Below, piece after piece: positions 27,350-36,997 of a DNA stretch of 64,000 nt. Position 1 is the stretch's first letter. Each line of letters opens with the position of its first letter. The stretch is from Patescibacteria group bacterium (GTDB lineage Bacteria; Patescibacteriota; WWE3; UBA101185; UBA10185). The position numbers were made by a program, and so were the translations under genes. Location: contig JBMORU010000001.1 in NCBI GenBank assembly GCA_049322215.1, positions 129,697 to 193,696 on the forward strand, read 5' to 3'. The notes below the pieces were generated by a model. That model worked only from the letters and a program-made list of their open reading frames with translations, did no database searches and was not told where the DNA came from.

Positions 27350-27743
27350 TCCTAAACATGGCATTGTCATGATGTCTATGGGCGGATCTGACACGCAATG
27401 GTGTTTTATGGTACTTATGGTTACAGAACTCGAACCCTTTTTAAAAAGGGAAAACAAACAGGAGCCAAAAAGCCACCATTTAACTACCGAGGAGCTAGGC
27501 GGCGGAATTGTACAACTCAATATGCAAAACGCATTGTTTGGCTTCTTTATTCCCCTAACTTTACCAAGCGATGCTTTTCTAAACTGGGTTTTGGGTCAGG
27601 AACAAAAGTATGGAATGAGCCTTGTGTTCGACATAGATACAAAAGAGCCAGTGTGCCAAATTTCACGAATGGGTTTGTCACAGCTTTTGATTACCGACTG
27701 GTTACCCCACTTTAGAGAACGCATGCTACTTGACGTGAAGTAA
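27336..27743 (+). CDS. hypothetical protein (135 aa)
   Basis: Overlaps the previous gene; terminator at 27748-27798. Confidence 0.4.
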   Translation: MKRLNPKHGIVMMSMGGSDTQWCFMVLMVTELEPFLKRENKQEPKSHHLTTEELGGGIVQLNMQNALFGFFIPLTLPSDAFLNWVLGQEQKYGMSLVFDIDTKEPVCQISRMGLSQLLITDWLPHFRERMLLDVK

Positions 27744-27747
27744 CTTG

Positions 27748-27798
27748 AGGGAGTGCTAAATTTATTATTACGTAATAAATTTACACTCCTTTTTTTAT
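27748..27798 (+). terminator. rho-independent terminator
   Basis: GGAGTGCTAAATTTATTA…TAATAAATTTACACTCC stem followed by T7. Confidence 0.7.
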
Positions 27799-27824
27799 GG
27801 ACAAAAACATGCCCCACAAACCTA

Positions 27825-27863
27825 GCCTATAGTTTTGACTGAAAAAGATTTTGATAGTATAAT
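27825..27863 (+). promoter_or_regulatory. class A CCCYATAG promoter
   Basis: GCCTATAGT-TTTGACT, 17 nt, TATAAT. Confidence 0.65.
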
Positions 27864-27898
27864 TTCCCTACAAATCAACATATACCAAAGGAGAAAAC

Positions 27899-28522
27899 AT
27901 GTTCACAAGAACAAAAGTTTTTGGACTTCCTGTGAAAAACAGGCTTTTTGCAATGTGGGCACTAATGCAACTTGCCGCAGTACTTACGCTTACAATTCAG
28001 TTTGCACAGTTGTATGCCACTACGTCTTTTGACCCAAAATGGAAAATTGCCACATCAATCTTTTCGATTTTTGTTATTTATGTGGCTTACCTAAATGCAA
28101 GTCGAAATGACGGAATCGCAACCTCCTTTTTAGCCGTAGTTTTTGGCGCATTAGGGTACGGCATGTGGGCAGATGGCATTACAACCATTACTCCATTACA
28201 TACAGTAGAAATGCTTTTCGCATTAATGCTGGTTGTAGCTGGGCTAATTATGATGGAGTTAATTAAACCAGGAATTGTTGCAAAACACCGGGTGTTAATG
28301 TTTCCTGCGCTTGTAGCCTCGGTGGTAGTAATGAATGTCGCCCGTGGATCAGAGGCACTAGGAGTATGGGATGTAGCAATGCTCATCTTTTTTTCTGCCT
28401 CAGTAACGCTGGAATACGAACGCGCCTGGAATCGGGAGCATAACATAGACAATGCAATCGATTTCAGCTTGGAATTTATGGTTGGAATGTTTCAAACCAT
28501 AAAAGAGGCGGTGCAAAAATGA
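27899..28522 (+). CDS. membrane protein (207 aa, about 5 TM)
   Basis: AAAGGAGA SD; promoter at 27825-27863. Confidence 0.6.
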   Translation: MFTRTKVFGLPVKNRLFAMWALMQLAAVLTLTIQFAQLYATTSFDPKWKIATSIFSIFVIYVAYLNASRNDGIATSFLAVVFGALGYGMWADGITTITPLHTVEMLFALMLVVAGLIMMELIKPGIVAKHRVLMFPALVASVVVMNVARGSEALGVWDVAMLIFFSASVTLEYERAWNREHNIDNAIDFSLEFMVGMFQTIKEAVQK

Positions 28523-29145
28523 CACAGCGCAAAAAGGAAGACGAAAAATGGGTTGCAGCAAGATTAACAATCGAGCTGTTTCGCGTTTTATTACAGCTTA
28601 CGGTGTTGGTATTACCCATAATTCACGGGTTACTATACTTCGCACCAAGTGATTTAAACAAAGTAGTAGGTGCAGAAACCCATACAGAAGATGAAAATCT
28701 CATCGCATACTACTGTCAGGATCCCGAAACCGGTGATTTTAGCAGCTGTACCTCGGACGACTGGGAACTTGTTGCCACGGGTTTACCCCCTGTAGTTGGT
28801 GTCGCATCTGACGGCTCAGGCAATCTTATCATATTGTTTGAAGAAGAGGGTTACTACTGGACGGGAGATACTGCAAACGGCCCAACTCAGCAAATTATGC
28901 CCGTGCAAGAAGGTTTGGTAGTAATTGACATCGCAGCAAACCAAGAAGGTGCTTTTGTTGCGGTTTGTCGTCAAGGAGCACGGGTTTGGGATTGCTTTAA
29001 CAACAATCTGGACTTTGCTTTGCAAGACGATCAAAAGCTGGTAGCTCTAACATTTGCAGATGATTCCACCTCTGAACCTGTTTTGTGGTGTGGTGTACGA
29101 GACTCAAAACGTTCAACAGACGCATGCCTAACGCTTGAAGAATAA
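28519..29145 (+). CDS. membrane-anchored or secreted protein (208 aa)
   Basis: ATGA start/stop overlap with the previous gene; N-terminal TM; 6 Cys; terminator at 29161-29207. Confidence 0.55.
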   Translation: MTQRKKEDEKWVAARLTIELFRVLLQLTVLVLPIIHGLLYFAPSDLNKVVGAETHTEDENLIAYYCQDPETGDFSSCTSDDWELVATGLPPVVGVASDGSGNLIILFEEEGYYWTGDTANGPTQQIMPVQEGLVVIDIAANQEGAFVAVCRQGARVWDCFNNNLDFALQDDQKLVALTFADDSTSEPVLWCGVRDSKRSTDACLTLEE

Positions 29146-29160
29146 GTAAAGGCATATAAT

Positions 29161-29207
29161 AGCGGTTTTTGTATTGGTTTAACTAATACACTAACCGCTT
29201 TTTTTAT
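29161..29207 (+). terminator. rho-independent terminator
   Basis: AGCGGTT…AACCGCT stem followed by T7. Confidence 0.65.
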
Positions 29208-29220
29208 TTGCTGTTCAATA

Positions 29221-29258
29221 CCCTATAGTTTGACTAGCCGGACACTTTACCCTATAAT
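29221..29258 (+). promoter_or_regulatory. class A CCCYATAG promoter
   Basis: CCCTATAGT-TTGACT, 17 nt, TATAAT. Confidence 0.7.
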
Positions 29259-29295
29259 TAAGCACACAAATCAGGTATTCATAAGGAGATAAATA

Positions 29296-29817
29296 ATGAA
29301 ACCCAAATATGCGGTTACAGTAATAGATACAATTGGTATCGGAAGCGTTTTCATTGTGAAGCGCGAAGACCAGACACGCATTTTGTGGAGAGAATCTGTT
29401 CGCCAGGGCACGCCATTAGTAACGGCTGTGGCAAACTTAGTGACAGACAGGTTTATGGCGTTAGAAGTTACAACTCCAGAAATGTATTATCCAACCTGGA
29501 ACGTAGAGGGAATTGTAGTTGCCCGCTCTTACCCCTCGACCACTCCAATTATCGTTCACAGAACCCACCACACCCGCTACGGCACTAGCTATTTAGTAGT
29601 GGGCAGTGATATTCAGGGTGTATGGACGCTTCATTGGGATCAAGGGCAATACACTTTGACGAAGGAACGCTTCGACGAAGTAAACATCGATGGGCTAGGG
29701 TTTTTGTACGGCATACGCAACGGTAACCGTGTTTCTGTAGGAAACTGGAAAAACGGCCGTGTACAAAAAACCTACGATTTCACGAAGTCGAGACACCCGG
29801 AAGACTACTTCGTGTAA
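29296..29817 (+). CDS. hypothetical protein (173 aa)
   Basis: CATAAGGAGA SD; promoter at 29221-29258; terminator at 29825-29873. Confidence 0.6.
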   Translation: MKPKYAVTVIDTIGIGSVFIVKREDQTRILWRESVRQGTPLVTAVANLVTDRFMALEVTTPEMYYPTWNVEGIVVARSYPSTTPIIVHRTHHTRYGTSYLVVGSDIQGVWTLHWDQGQYTLTKERFDEVNIDGLGFLYGIRNGNRVSVGNWKNGRVQKTYDFTKSRHPEDYFV

Positions 29818-29824
29818 TAGCCAA

Positions 29825-29873
29825 AGGCGTTTTAGGTATGTATAACTTACAAATCTAAAACGTCTTTTTTTTA
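29825..29873 (+). terminator. rho-independent terminator
   Basis: GGCGTTTTAG…CTAAAACGTC stem followed by T8. Confidence 0.7.
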
Positions 29874-30742
29874 TGCATATAAGCTTCAGCAAGTAATTGT
29901 ACAATTTCAGGAATATACTTTTTAAATATAACCTCTTCCCCTTTTTGAGCAATTGGTGCCAAATTAGTCTTGAATTTATGTGTTTGAACAATGCATTTAG
30001 CCAAACTTTTAGCGTTTTCGCTTTCAAACAAAAACCCAGTTTTTCCATGAACTACTCCCTTTGCAGCAGCTCTATCTTCAGAAGTAATCAAAACTTTATT
30101 TAAAGCATAGGCAGAAATAAATGCAGCTTCCTCAGATAAATCAATTAAAAAGTCACAACCTTCTAGAGCCTCATTAAAACTAATTTTAGGATCTAACTCT
30201 TTTAAACTTTTATGTTGCTTTGGCAAAACTCCCGAATAAACCATCGTTACAGGTAAATTTTGAGGCAAAAAGGTTAAAGCTTCATAAATTAAATCTAACT
30301 TTTCATCTGAAACTTTCACCAAATAGCTAGAAGCCTCAGCATTAGTACCATAATCTTTAGCTACATTAGGCTTAAAGCTTAGTAGTGCTCCCAGTAAGGT
30401 GGTTTTTAAATCTGTATTCAATATGTGAAATCCAAAAATTCGCAAAAGTAGTTGCTTTCGCCTGGACGCATTAAAAACATGAAAAACGTCAAATTCATAC
30501 TTAATTTGCAAAAATAACAGGTAAACATACAAAAATGGAAAAAAATTAAAACCTGTATGTACTGTAAATTCCTTAAGTAGTGCTTCATTTCTAGCTGCGG
30601 CCTTTTTTGAAGTCAATACATGAATTTCATAGTTTTCGTCCTTAAGTTTTAAAAGTATCTTAATAAGAATTGAAACTTTATTTTCGTAATCTGACTGGTT
30701 TTCTAAATTAAGTAAATTTATTAATACTACAAGTTTTGGCAT
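29855..30742 (-). CDS. GT1/GT4-like glycosyltransferase (short)
   Basis: C-terminal 'AFISAYALNKVLITSEDRAAAKGVVHGKTGFLFESENAKSLAKCIV' resembles the GT4 EX7E/nucleotide-sugar-binding region. The N-terminal domain is reduced. Confidence 0.5.
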   Translation of the reverse strand: MPKLVVLINLLNLENQSDYENKVSILIKILLKLKDENYEIHVLTSKKAAARNEALLKEFTVHTGFNFFPFLYVYLLFLQIKYEFDVFHVFNASRRKQLLLRIFGFHILNTDLKTTLLGALLSFKPNVAKDYGTNAEASSYLVKVSDEKLDLIYEALTFLPQNLPVTMVYSGVLPKQHKSLKELDPKISFNEALEGCDFLIDLSEEAAFISAYALNKVLITSEDRAAAKGVVHGKTGFLFESENAKSLAKCIVQTHKFKTNLAPIAQKGEEVIFKKYIPEIVQLLAEAYMHKKKTF

Positions 30743-30807
30743 TTTATATAGCGACAGAATAACACAATGAATTGGATTTTTAGTTGAGATTTGGCTAAAC
30801 TTTGATT

Positions 30808-31188
30808 ATGGATAAAAATAAAGTGGTTTACGCAATATTTGTGCTTTTAATTCTTTTATCCATACCTTTAGCTTTAACTATTATAACCGCAAATGAATTA
30901 GCCAACTGCTATGAGCAATCTTCGCAAATATTAACTATAGAAACCGAAAGAATGCTTACAGAAACAGACGGTATACCACAAAAAGGAGACATTTGCAGCA
31001 CTGGCTACACAATTACTAAAGATTTAATGTCTTGCGTGAATAAAGTTGATAAAAAATCTTTAATCCCCTTGCCTATAATATATAAAGCAACCAATTTAAT
31101 TCAAAAAAGCGAAGTTAATCCTATATACGCAGCACAAAAGCACAATGAATTTTGTGGTGAATATAGCGAGTATTTCATAAACCTATAG
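30808..31188 (+). CDS. small membrane-anchored Cys-containing protein
   Basis: ORF with an N-terminal TM segment. The track start 30802 is TTG. Confidence 0.4.
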   Translation: MDKNKVVYAIFVLLILLSIPLALTIITANELANCYEQSSQILTIETERMLTETDGIPQKGDICSTGYTITKDLMSCVNKVDKKSLIPLPIIYKATNLIQKSEVNPIYAAQKHNEFCGEYSEYFINL

Positions 31189-31219
31189 CATTTACACTTC
31201 GAGTGTTATGGGGTATAAT
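31183..31219 (+). promoter_or_regulatory. class A CCCYATAG promoter
   Basis: CCTATAGC-ATTTACA, 17 nt, TATAAT. Confidence 0.65.
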
Positions 31220-31263
31220 TATTGCAGATTCGAATTCTAATCTAGTACATAAGGAGATCTCCA

Positions 31264-31614
31264 ATGACAAATGAAGAATCGAAAGAAACGCGTCGTAAAG
31301 CTTACTGGCGTCGAGTTCCTGTGGTGCAACTGATTAACACCATTCGTGAACACAAAACCGGCACAACGTATTTCCTGGTAGGCTGTATGATCTTTGCTCA
31401 CGTGCTCGGCTGGCCCTTCATGGTTACCCTGGCAAAATGGACCTTCATCATGGCGACCACCATTTATGTTTGGGAAGCAATCACGGACAAATACGAAGTT
31501 ATTTGGCCTGATATGCCCAAAATGCCCAAATTCCGCCGACTCACGATCAAAGGTATCCGTCGCCGTATCGCTGATGCTCTGAATCCGGACAAACCCGAAG
31601 CCAACAACAGCTAA
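31264..31614 (+). CDS. small membrane protein (116 aa) with atypical (GC-richer, CGT/CTG/CCG) codon usage
   Basis: CATAAGGAGA SD; promoter at 31183-31219; terminator at 31635-31688. By eye its composition is clearly different from its neighbours. Confidence 0.6.
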   Translation: MTNEESKETRRKAYWRRVPVVQLINTIREHKTGTTYFLVGCMIFAHVLGWPFMVTLAKWTFIMATTIYVWEAITDKYEVIWPDMPKMPKFRRLTIKGIRRRIADALNPDKPEANNS

Positions 31615-31634
31615 ACAACGGCCGTTTCGACCCA

Positions 31635-31688
31635 AGCTACTGTATAAAGAAGCCCAAAACTTTTTTATGCAGTAGCTATTTTTTTTCT
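31635..31688 (+). terminator. rho-independent terminator
   Basis: AGCTACTG…CAGTAGCT stem followed by T9. A 10-bp palindrome AACGGCCGTT sits at 31617-31626. Confidence 0.7.
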
Positions 31689-31732
31689 TACCTATAAATT
31701 AGCCATAACAAAACTCAAAAACTTACCCAATG

Positions 31733-31770
31733 CCCCATAGCTTTGCAATAATTCCAAAAAACGCTATAAT
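31733..31770 (+). promoter_or_regulatory. class A CCCYATAG promoter
   Basis: CCCCATAGC-TTTGCA, 17 nt, TATAAT. Confidence 0.65.
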
Positions 31771-31808
31771 CCCAGGCACAAATAATAACAACATAAGGAG
31801 ACAGCAAT

Positions 31809-32186
31809 ATGGCAAAGTATGTACCAACACCAAGTTGGTTTAACAAAAAGCAAGCATTTATTGTTCAAACAGCAAATGGTACTGTTTATAAAATAAACTA
31901 CTTGGGAGATGGATTTTATGAGTTTAAAGCCTTAACCCCACTTAAAGATGCGCGAGCACCAAAAATGTGCCAAATTATTGGAGCAGGAACAGTGGCATAT
32001 GCTAAAAATGATTTGCAAAAGAAAAACCCAATACTTACCACTGTGGCTAAAACAGGTCCATGCCTAGGCTTAACGCTCTTTGTTAAAGATGGCACCCGAA
32101 AAGATTCAACTTGGGCAACTTCCCCCATTGTAACCATTGCTCAAGGCAAAAATACTATGGGAAAACCACTACCTAACAAAAGTTAA
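31809..32186 (+). CDS. hypothetical protein (125 aa)
   Basis: CATAAGGAGA SD; promoter at 31733-31770. Confidence 0.6.
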   Translation: MAKYVPTPSWFNKKQAFIVQTANGTVYKINYLGDGFYEFKALTPLKDARAPKMCQIIGAGTVAYAKNDLQKKNPILTTVAKTGPCLGLTLFVKDGTRKDSTWATSPIVTIAQGKNTMGKPLPNKS

Positions 32187-32262
32187 CCATAACACAAGGT
32201 AGAAAAAGCAAAAAAACCCACTTGCTTCTTCTGCCTTATTTTTTTAGCTGTATACTTACTGC

Positions 32263-33477
32263 ATGTCTGAAACATATAAATTTCCATCAGACTTTTTATG
32301 GGGAACAGCAACCTCAGCACACCAAACTGAGGGAAATAATACAAACAGCGATTGGTGGGACTGGGAACAAAACAAAAAGCCAAGTCATAAATATCCAGAA
32401 CAGCCCTCGGGCATAGCTTGTGATTCTTACAGCAGATATGAAGAAGACTTTGACTTGTGTAAACAGCTAAATAATAATGCCGTTAGAATTTCGATTGAAT
32501 GGGCTCGCATAGAACCACAAGAAGGACAATTTAACCAAGAGGCGATTGAACACTATAAAAAAGTATTGAAAGCAGCCAAAGATAGAAATTTAAAAACTTT
32601 TGTTACACTGCACCACTTTACTAATCCCATATGGTTTAGCAAAAAAAATGGGTGGTTAAACAGCAAAGCATCAAAACTTTTTGCTAATTATGCAGAAAAG
32701 TGTGCACAAGAATTTGGTGCACTCACAGACGTGTTTTTAACCATAAACGAACCCCAAGTCTTAGCCTTAATGGCCTTCACAAACGGAACTTGGCCTCCAA
32801 ACAAAAAAAATTTATTTTCTTCTTTAAGAGTGCAATTAAACATGATGTTAGCCCACAAAAAAGCATACAAATCAATTAAAAAAGTGGGTGATTACCCAGT
32901 AGGAATAGTTAAAAACATAGTTTGGTACGAAACAGATCCTTTTAAAAATAACCCTGTTGATAAACTAATTTGTAAATTCATGAATTATATTGGGCGAGAC
33001 TTTTTTTTACGTCCAATTATTAAGCACATTGATTTACTAGGCTTAAATTACTATTTCACAAATAGAATTACTAATCTTAAATCGGTTAGTCCTAGTGACT
33101 ATGTAAGTGACCTAGGCTGGTGGATTAACCCACCGGGCTTAGCAAAAATACTTGAGCATTTGCACACTTATAATATTCCCATATATGTAACTGAAAATGG
33201 GCTCGCAGATTCAACAGACAAATTTAGAAAAACATTCTTGCAAGACATGCTCATTGCCTGTTCACAAGCTATAACTAACGGAGTGCCTTTAAAGGGCTAT
33301 TTTCACTGGTCACTAATTGATAACTATGAGTGGCATCACGGGTTTTGGCCAAGGTTTGGGCTAGTAGAAATAGATAGAGCAAACAATTTACAAAGAAAGC
33401 CACGCCCTTCTTTTTACTATTACGCACAAGTTTGTAAAGAAAATGAAATAAAAGTGGAAAAAAAAGGAGATGCATAA
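32263..33477 (+). CDS. glycoside hydrolase family 1 beta-glucosidase
   Basis: 'FLWGTATSAHQTEG' N-terminal signature and 'YVTENGLADS' nucleophile motif of GH1. Confidence 0.85.
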   Translation: MSETYKFPSDFLWGTATSAHQTEGNNTNSDWWDWEQNKKPSHKYPEQPSGIACDSYSRYEEDFDLCKQLNNNAVRISIEWARIEPQEGQFNQEAIEHYKKVLKAAKDRNLKTFVTLHHFTNPIWFSKKNGWLNSKASKLFANYAEKCAQEFGALTDVFLTINEPQVLALMAFTNGTWPPNKKNLFSSLRVQLNMMLAHKKAYKSIKKVGDYPVGIVKNIVWYETDPFKNNPVDKLICKFMNYIGRDFFLRPIIKHIDLLGLNYYFTNRITNLKSVSPSDYVSDLGWWINPPGLAKILEHLHTYNIPIYVTENGLADSTDKFRKTFLQDMLIACSQAITNGVPLKGYFHWSLIDNYEWHHGFWPRFGLVEIDRANNLQRKPRPSFYYYAQVCKENEIKVEKKGDA

Positions 33478-33510
33478 ATATAAAAGTACTTATGCACCTC
33501 ACAAATAAGC

Positions 33511-33786
33511 TTAAAGCCACTGTTTGGGGTGAGATTCTACTAAGCTTCTAATGCGATCCAGCAAATTGCGCAATCCCAAAACATCGTAAGAGGTTTTCTT
33601 TAAACCATTAAGCTCGGTAGCATGGTAAATGCGCAAATGAAGGCTTGCAGATACGTTATTATCAAAAACATAGTCGCTAAGTAGGTTACTTAGAGCCGTC
33701 TTTGTTCTAGCATCCAAAAAGTACCATTGCTTGCCATAGTAGAGTGTTGTAGCTCTCTCTAAAAAGTTACTCATTCTCAAAAACAA
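33511..33786 (-). CDS. hypothetical protein (91 aa)
   Basis: ORF only. Confidence 0.35.
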   Translation of the reverse strand: MFLRMSNFLERATTLYYGKQWYFLDARTKTALSNLLSDYVFDNNVSASLHLRIYHATELNGLKKTSYDVLGLRNLLDRIRSLVESHPKQWL

Positions 33787-33903
33787 ATTGGCTTTCTTAT
33801 CTCCTTACAAAGATATGTGATAAGCGCATTTTAAACCTATAATAATCAAACGGCAAACACATTAACATTATCCTACGTATAAAATGTAAGGTACAATTAA
33901 AGT

Positions 33904-34992
33904 ATGTTGAGCTTTTTAAAGCGAAAACCTAGCCTAAATAGAGATGCCAAAAAGGGCATTAAATTGATTAAAAAACTATTTACCCTAAAACTCACAAGGC
34001 TCATTTTAATAATACTTGCATTAATAGTATTTTCACCGCTTATAGCCTTTGTTGCCTTACGCCCAAAAGTATCCGAAGAAATAAATTATGGAGTAACTTT
34101 TAGCAATAAGTATGCAGAAGAATTAGGACTTGATTGGCGAAATTCATATATAAAAGTCTTAGACGATTTGGGCGCAAAGAATCTACGCTTAGTAGTGTAT
34201 TGGGATGAAACCGAGCCAACAAATAACGAATATAGTTTTGACAATATAAAGTTTCAACTGGACGAAGCAGAAAAACGTGATGTTAACGTAATTTTAACTA
34301 TGGGAAGAAAAGTACCTAGATGGCCAGAATGCTTTGAACCGGCCTGGTGGAAAAAAATAAGCAGAGAAGTAGATAGAGACGCCCAGCTTTATGAATTTAT
34401 TGCAACAACAACCTCAGAACTTAAGGACTACAAAACAATTAAAAAGTGGCAAGTAGAAAACGAACCATTTTTCCCTTTTGGAGAGTGCGAATTTGAAATA
34501 AAGCGAGATACACTAAAAAATGAAATTGATATTGTAAGAGAAATTGATAACCGACCTATATTAGTACAAGATAGCGGTGAAGGAGGCTACTGGTATCCTA
34601 GCTATAAATTGGGAGATTATTTAGGAATATCAATGTATAGAAGAATTTGGTATGACTTTTGGGGAATTTTTCTTGGCAACCATATTTACTTTAAATACCC
34701 CTTGGCACACTGGTCTTACAAAATAAAAGCAGAAACGTTACAAGTTCCACCAGAGAAGATAATTGTTACCGAACTGCAAGCAGAACCTTGGGGTCCCGGC
34801 ATTAATTCTAAACTTACTACAGACCAAAAAAATAAAACTATGTCACGAGATAAGTTTATAGACACAATAGCCTACGCACAAAAATCCGGATTCAACAACT
34901 TATATTTATGGGGCGTCGAATGGTGGCTATGGGAAAAAGAGGTTAATAATAACGCATTTTACTGGGATACTGCGAAAGCTCTATTCAATTAA
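33904..34992 (+). CDS. signal-anchored clan GH-A-like glycoside hydrolase (GH5-like)
   Basis: N-terminal TM, then a TIM-barrel-like region with 'WQVENEPF' (NEP acid/base motif). Confidence 0.5.
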   Translation: MLSFLKRKPSLNRDAKKGIKLIKKLFTLKLTRLILIILALIVFSPLIAFVALRPKVSEEINYGVTFSNKYAEELGLDWRNSYIKVLDDLGAKNLRLVVYWDETEPTNNEYSFDNIKFQLDEAEKRDVNVILTMGRKVPRWPECFEPAWWKKISREVDRDAQLYEFIATTTSELKDYKTIKKWQVENEPFFPFGECEFEIKRDTLKNEIDIVREIDNRPILVQDSGEGGYWYPSYKLGDYLGISMYRRIWYDFWGIFLGNHIYFKYPLAHWSYKIKAETLQVPPEKIIVTELQAEPWGPGINSKLTTDQKNKTMSRDKFIDTIAYAQKSGFNNLYLWGVEWWLWEKEVNNNAFYWDTAKALFN

Positions 34993-34999
34993 AGCCTTA

Positions 35000-36439
35000 T
35001 TAGTCTGATAAACCTTCTATAATAACTGAAGAAATAGTAGGCTTTCCAAAGTCATTTACCTTTTTCGAGGGTGCTTTTTGTGTACAAAACCTGTCTACTA
35101 GTTCTTTAGTGTTAATTACATTTAAAGATTTAAATAAAAACTCGAAACGCTCTTCTAACGTAGTGAAAATTGCTTTTTTAGCTTCGGAATCGATATGCCA
35201 CAAATCATGCTTAAATCTTCCCCAACCCTTTTTACGTAATTTGTAGTGAAACTGGTCGTCACTCCAATTAGCCTTTTTTTCATCAAGTTTAGTTTCATCT
35301 AGCCACGTATATATTTTTTCAAGCAGGTCTTTTGGAAAATGCGGGTGATCATAAATTAAGTTTTGAAATCCTGTAGCTAAGTGAATTTCAATTGCCTGTG
35401 TGGCAGGAAAATGTGCAAAGTGTTCATCAGCAAGTGTTGAAGCCCCATGTTGAACAGCTCCTGCAATTTTATAAACTTTTCTTCCATAGGAAGATATTTT
35501 TCCCAAAATAGAAAAATCAATATCAACGTTTGCTAATCGCCCATTAGGAAGAATTACACCCCCATGACTTGTACCAGTTTGAATACTCACTTTGCTTATT
35601 CCAGTTTCTTTGTTATTTAAACCTGCTAGTAAGCCGTTCATATAGACTTTAAAATCTTGCACAGTACTATTGACACCTCCTATATGGCCTATTTCTCCAC
35701 CTACCGAGATTATTAAATTTTTGGGCTGTGAGGCTCTGACCTGGTGTAAAAGTTCTAAAGTATATTTAATATTGGACTCTTGCTGTTCAACAACAGTAGA
35801 CTTTTCTAAATTCACTAAGGTGGATGTATCAATATCTATATTGTAAAAACCGGCTTCAATGGCTTCAGTAATTAACTTTTTTAAAATGTCAATTTCGCCT
35901 TCTTTAGGTACTCCCGGAGATATTGCTTTTGCTTGAAAATGATCACCCTGTATAAAAACGGGACCACTCCATGATTCTTTTATTGCAGCAGCCAAAATTA
36001 CTGAAACATACTCTTCAGGAGATTGATTTGTATAACCCATTTCGCTGCGGGCTATTTCACAAATAAAGGCGCCTACATTTTGCTCTTTTGCAGTTTTAAA
36101 AAGAGCCCTAACCGTGTCATACGTCATTCCCCTAAAATTAAAAGCAGGAGTTGTAAAATTTAACGGAATTTCTTCTTTGCCACGGGCGGTGTACAAGGCA
36201 TAAATAGATGAAGAGTATATGTTTAAGGTTAAGGCAGCTTCCCATATTAACCAACGTGAATGTTTTTTTTCATCGTCAGTACCAAAAACAGCTTTTTCAA
36301 CTAATAAGTCTATTACAGACTTTCTTAAACTACTTTCATTTAAAATTTTAATATTGAAATCGTCAAAAACTTTTATTGTGTCTGAGATTATTTCATTAAT
36401 ACTGTTTGGGAGCATTAGTTTTAGTTTACCAACAGACAC
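35000..36439 (-). CDS. class II aldolase superfamily protein (fructose/tagatose-bisphosphate aldolase or GatZ-like)
   Basis: 'FIQGDHF', 'GGEIGHIGG' and 'VQHGAST' line up with the class II FBA 'HxDH', 'ELGxxGGEED' and 'HGGSG' blocks. The length (479 aa) is atypical. Confidence 0.45.
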   Translation of the reverse strand: MSVGKLKLMLPNSINEIISDTIKVFDDFNIKILNESSLRKSVIDLLVEKAVFGTDDEKKHSRWLIWEAALTLNIYSSSIYALYTARGKEEIPLNFTTPAFNFRGMTYDTVRALFKTAKEQNVGAFICEIARSEMGYTNQSPEEYVSVILAAAIKESWSGPVFIQGDHFQAKAISPGVPKEGEIDILKKLITEAIEAGFYNIDIDTSTLVNLEKSTVVEQQESNIKYTLELLHQVRASQPKNLIISVGGEIGHIGGVNSTVQDFKVYMNGLLAGLNNKETGISKVSIQTGTSHGGVILPNGRLANVDIDFSILGKISSYGRKVYKIAGAVQHGASTLADEHFAHFPATQAIEIHLATGFQNLIYDHPHFPKDLLEKIYTWLDETKLDEKKANWSDDQFHYKLRKKGWGRFKHDLWHIDSEAKKAIFTTLEERFEFLFKSLNVINTKELVDRFCTQKAPSKKVNDFGKPTISSVIIEGLSD

Positions 36440-36466
36440 GTTTGGTATCTAGCGTATAATTACTTT

Positions 36467-36937
36467 ATGGAATTAAAGATCATTTTTGTAATCATAAACT
36501 TAATACTTGCTACTGCATCATTAACAAACATTCCGGGAGCTTTTTTAATTGCAGTGTCGTCAGGAATATATGGGTATTTAACCAATTTTGAAGTGTTTAC
36601 TGTAGAGAACTTAGTTGTATTCACAATAGTAGGTACATTATCTTTACTACTTGATAATATATTTTCAATTTTAGGAGCAAAAAAGTTTGGAGCAAGCAAG
36701 TATGGTGCTATTGGAGCTTTATTAGGAAGTTTTACAATATTTATTTTAGGACCACTAGGCTTAATTTTGGGTCCGTTTTTAGGAGCACTACTGGGAGAAA
36801 TGCTGTTTAACCGTGCTGACAGTGAAAACGCACTGAAAGCCGCTTTTGGAGCTGTAGCAGGCCTTTTTGCAGGAATTGTAGTAAAAACACTAATCGCATA
36901 CTTTTTAGTAGGCTACTTCGTGTATTTAGTGTTTTAA
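36467..36937 (+). CDS. small polytopic membrane protein
   Basis: 156 aa, about 4 TM helices. Confidence 0.5.
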   Translation: MELKIIFVIINLILATASLTNIPGAFLIAVSSGIYGYLTNFEVFTVENLVVFTIVGTLSLLLDNIFSILGAKKFGASKYGAIGALLGSFTIFILGPLGLILGPFLGALLGEMLFNRADSENALKAAFGAVAGLFAGIVVKTLIAYFLVGYFVYLVF

Positions 36938-36946
36938 AAAAATAAG

Positions 36947-36986
36947 GACTGCATATATGTTGTGTTGTTTACATACATATATACAG
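36947..36986 (-). terminator. terminator-like hairpin for the minus-strand lipoprotein gene
   Basis: GACTGCATATATGT…ACATATATACAGCC imperfect stem with a minus-strand T-run (36930-36946). Confidence 0.5.
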
Positions 36987-36997
36987 CCCAAAGTTAG

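Noticed and set aside
31617-31626. Perfect 10-bp palindrome AACGGCCGTT just after the stop of 31264..31614
   Set aside because: It could be a protein-binding or restriction-like site, but a single occurrence adjacent to a canonical terminator is insufficient. It is noted only in the terminator evidence.
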